DNA of 64,000 bases from Rhodospirillales bacterium (GTDB lineage Bacteria; Pseudomonadota; Alphaproteobacteria; Bin95), in assembly GCA_038143065.1 (NCBI GenBank), contig JAYQLI010000042.1:1-64000 (forward strand). Reading direction: 5' to 3'. The position numbers and the translations under genes were made by a program. Positions within the stretch are counted from its first letter, which is position 1. Every line of letters starts with the position of its first letter. Shown here piece by piece: positions 63,514 to 64,000 of the stretch. The notes under the pieces were generated by a model, which was not told the DNA's origin, made no database searches, and was given only the letters and a program-made list of their open reading frames with translations.

Positions 63514-64000
63514 CTAAATTGAACTTGGAATAAACACCTCTCCCTCCTCCAATTTTTCCGAGCGGTGCGTATGAGACACACCGATTTTATTTCAGAAACC
63601 TGTGTCGCCGTATCGGCATAATCAACCACCACTTCAATCTTGCCCGAGGCATGTTCCGAAATGGCATTGGCCGGGGTCTCATTTGAGTTGTGCCAGCCGC
63701 TGCCCTCTGCAATCGTCCCCGGGGGTCCAGCACACAAGACGCGAGGCATTGTGCGCCCGTGACAGCCATGGAAGGATGCGCCACTCCGGAGCATGAAATA
63801 GCGGGTCACCAATTGTACCTGACAGCAACGAGGGCCAACAGAGCCAAATTTTGGCGTCACCGATTTTGTGACATCCCCCATCCTCAAAGCCCCCGCCTTT
63901 TGCCATGAAGCTTCCATCTGATCAAAAAAAATGCACCGATTTCATCCAGCTCAGCGGCCGTTTCATAGCCGTCAGCCCAAAGCTCTCCCGGCCTTTGCAA
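63514..64000 (-). CDS. PrpF-family isomerase (4-oxalomesaconate tautomerase-like), C-terminal part
   Basis: GDVTKSVTPKF, TRYFM, HPSMAVTGA.CLAS, EHASG, IRTARK. Confidence 0.75.

Noticed and set aside
551-63908. Many short ORFs in the supplied track
   Set aside because: They are antisense or alternate-frame shadows of the genes called above
1-64000. Mass pseudogenisation or programmed frameshifting
   Set aside because: Indels affect nearly all genes, including core ones such as glpD, often at homopolymers; sequencing error is the simpler explanation

Overview
Most of the window (about 4.9-55 kb) is an accessory, island-rich region of an alphaproteobacterial genome. Gene content suggests a marine Rhodobacteraceae/Roseobacter-group organism; this is an inference. 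Nearly every gene, including core genes, is broken by indels. That looks like uncorrected long-read error, so gene boundaries are approximate and frameshifts are not treated as real. Left to right: (1) a TAXI-TRAP / LigM-DesA-like O-demethylase / MBL hydrolase / LysR cluster; (2) a small operon encoding a GASRNDSS-repeat exported protein, a lipoprotein, an HPrK-like kinase and a PepSY-TM protein, with a divergent membrane LuxR; (3) a CadC-type regulator, cysteine synthase and three tiny barrel-type proteins; (4) IS21, IS6 copies and remnants, and a tRNA-Met-associated integrase; (5) an AT-rich UvrD-like helicase; (6) an alpha-2-macroglobulin-PbpC-ExoI-HNH nuclease run; (7) a structured leader RNA candidate and a ChvI/ChvG-like two-component pair; (8) an integrative element ending at a tRNA-Asn att site, carrying an integrase, an HUH protein, type I R-M, an AlbA_2/Schlafen protein, a small tyrosine recombinase and IS3; (9) eptA; (10) core-like genes (glpD, aminotransferase, tcuA, GntR, AbrB, D-2-hydroxyacid dehydrogenase, PrpF-family). 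The top finding is a set of 34-35 bp loxP-like palindromes sharing an invariant 12 bp arm (CTATAATCAGTC). They bracket the hsdMSR operon almost to the base and delimit further defence-like cargo next to the small tyrosine recombinase, suggesting a cassette-shuffling defence platform. The second finding is the Ser-rich repeat protein plus HPrK-like kinase operon.
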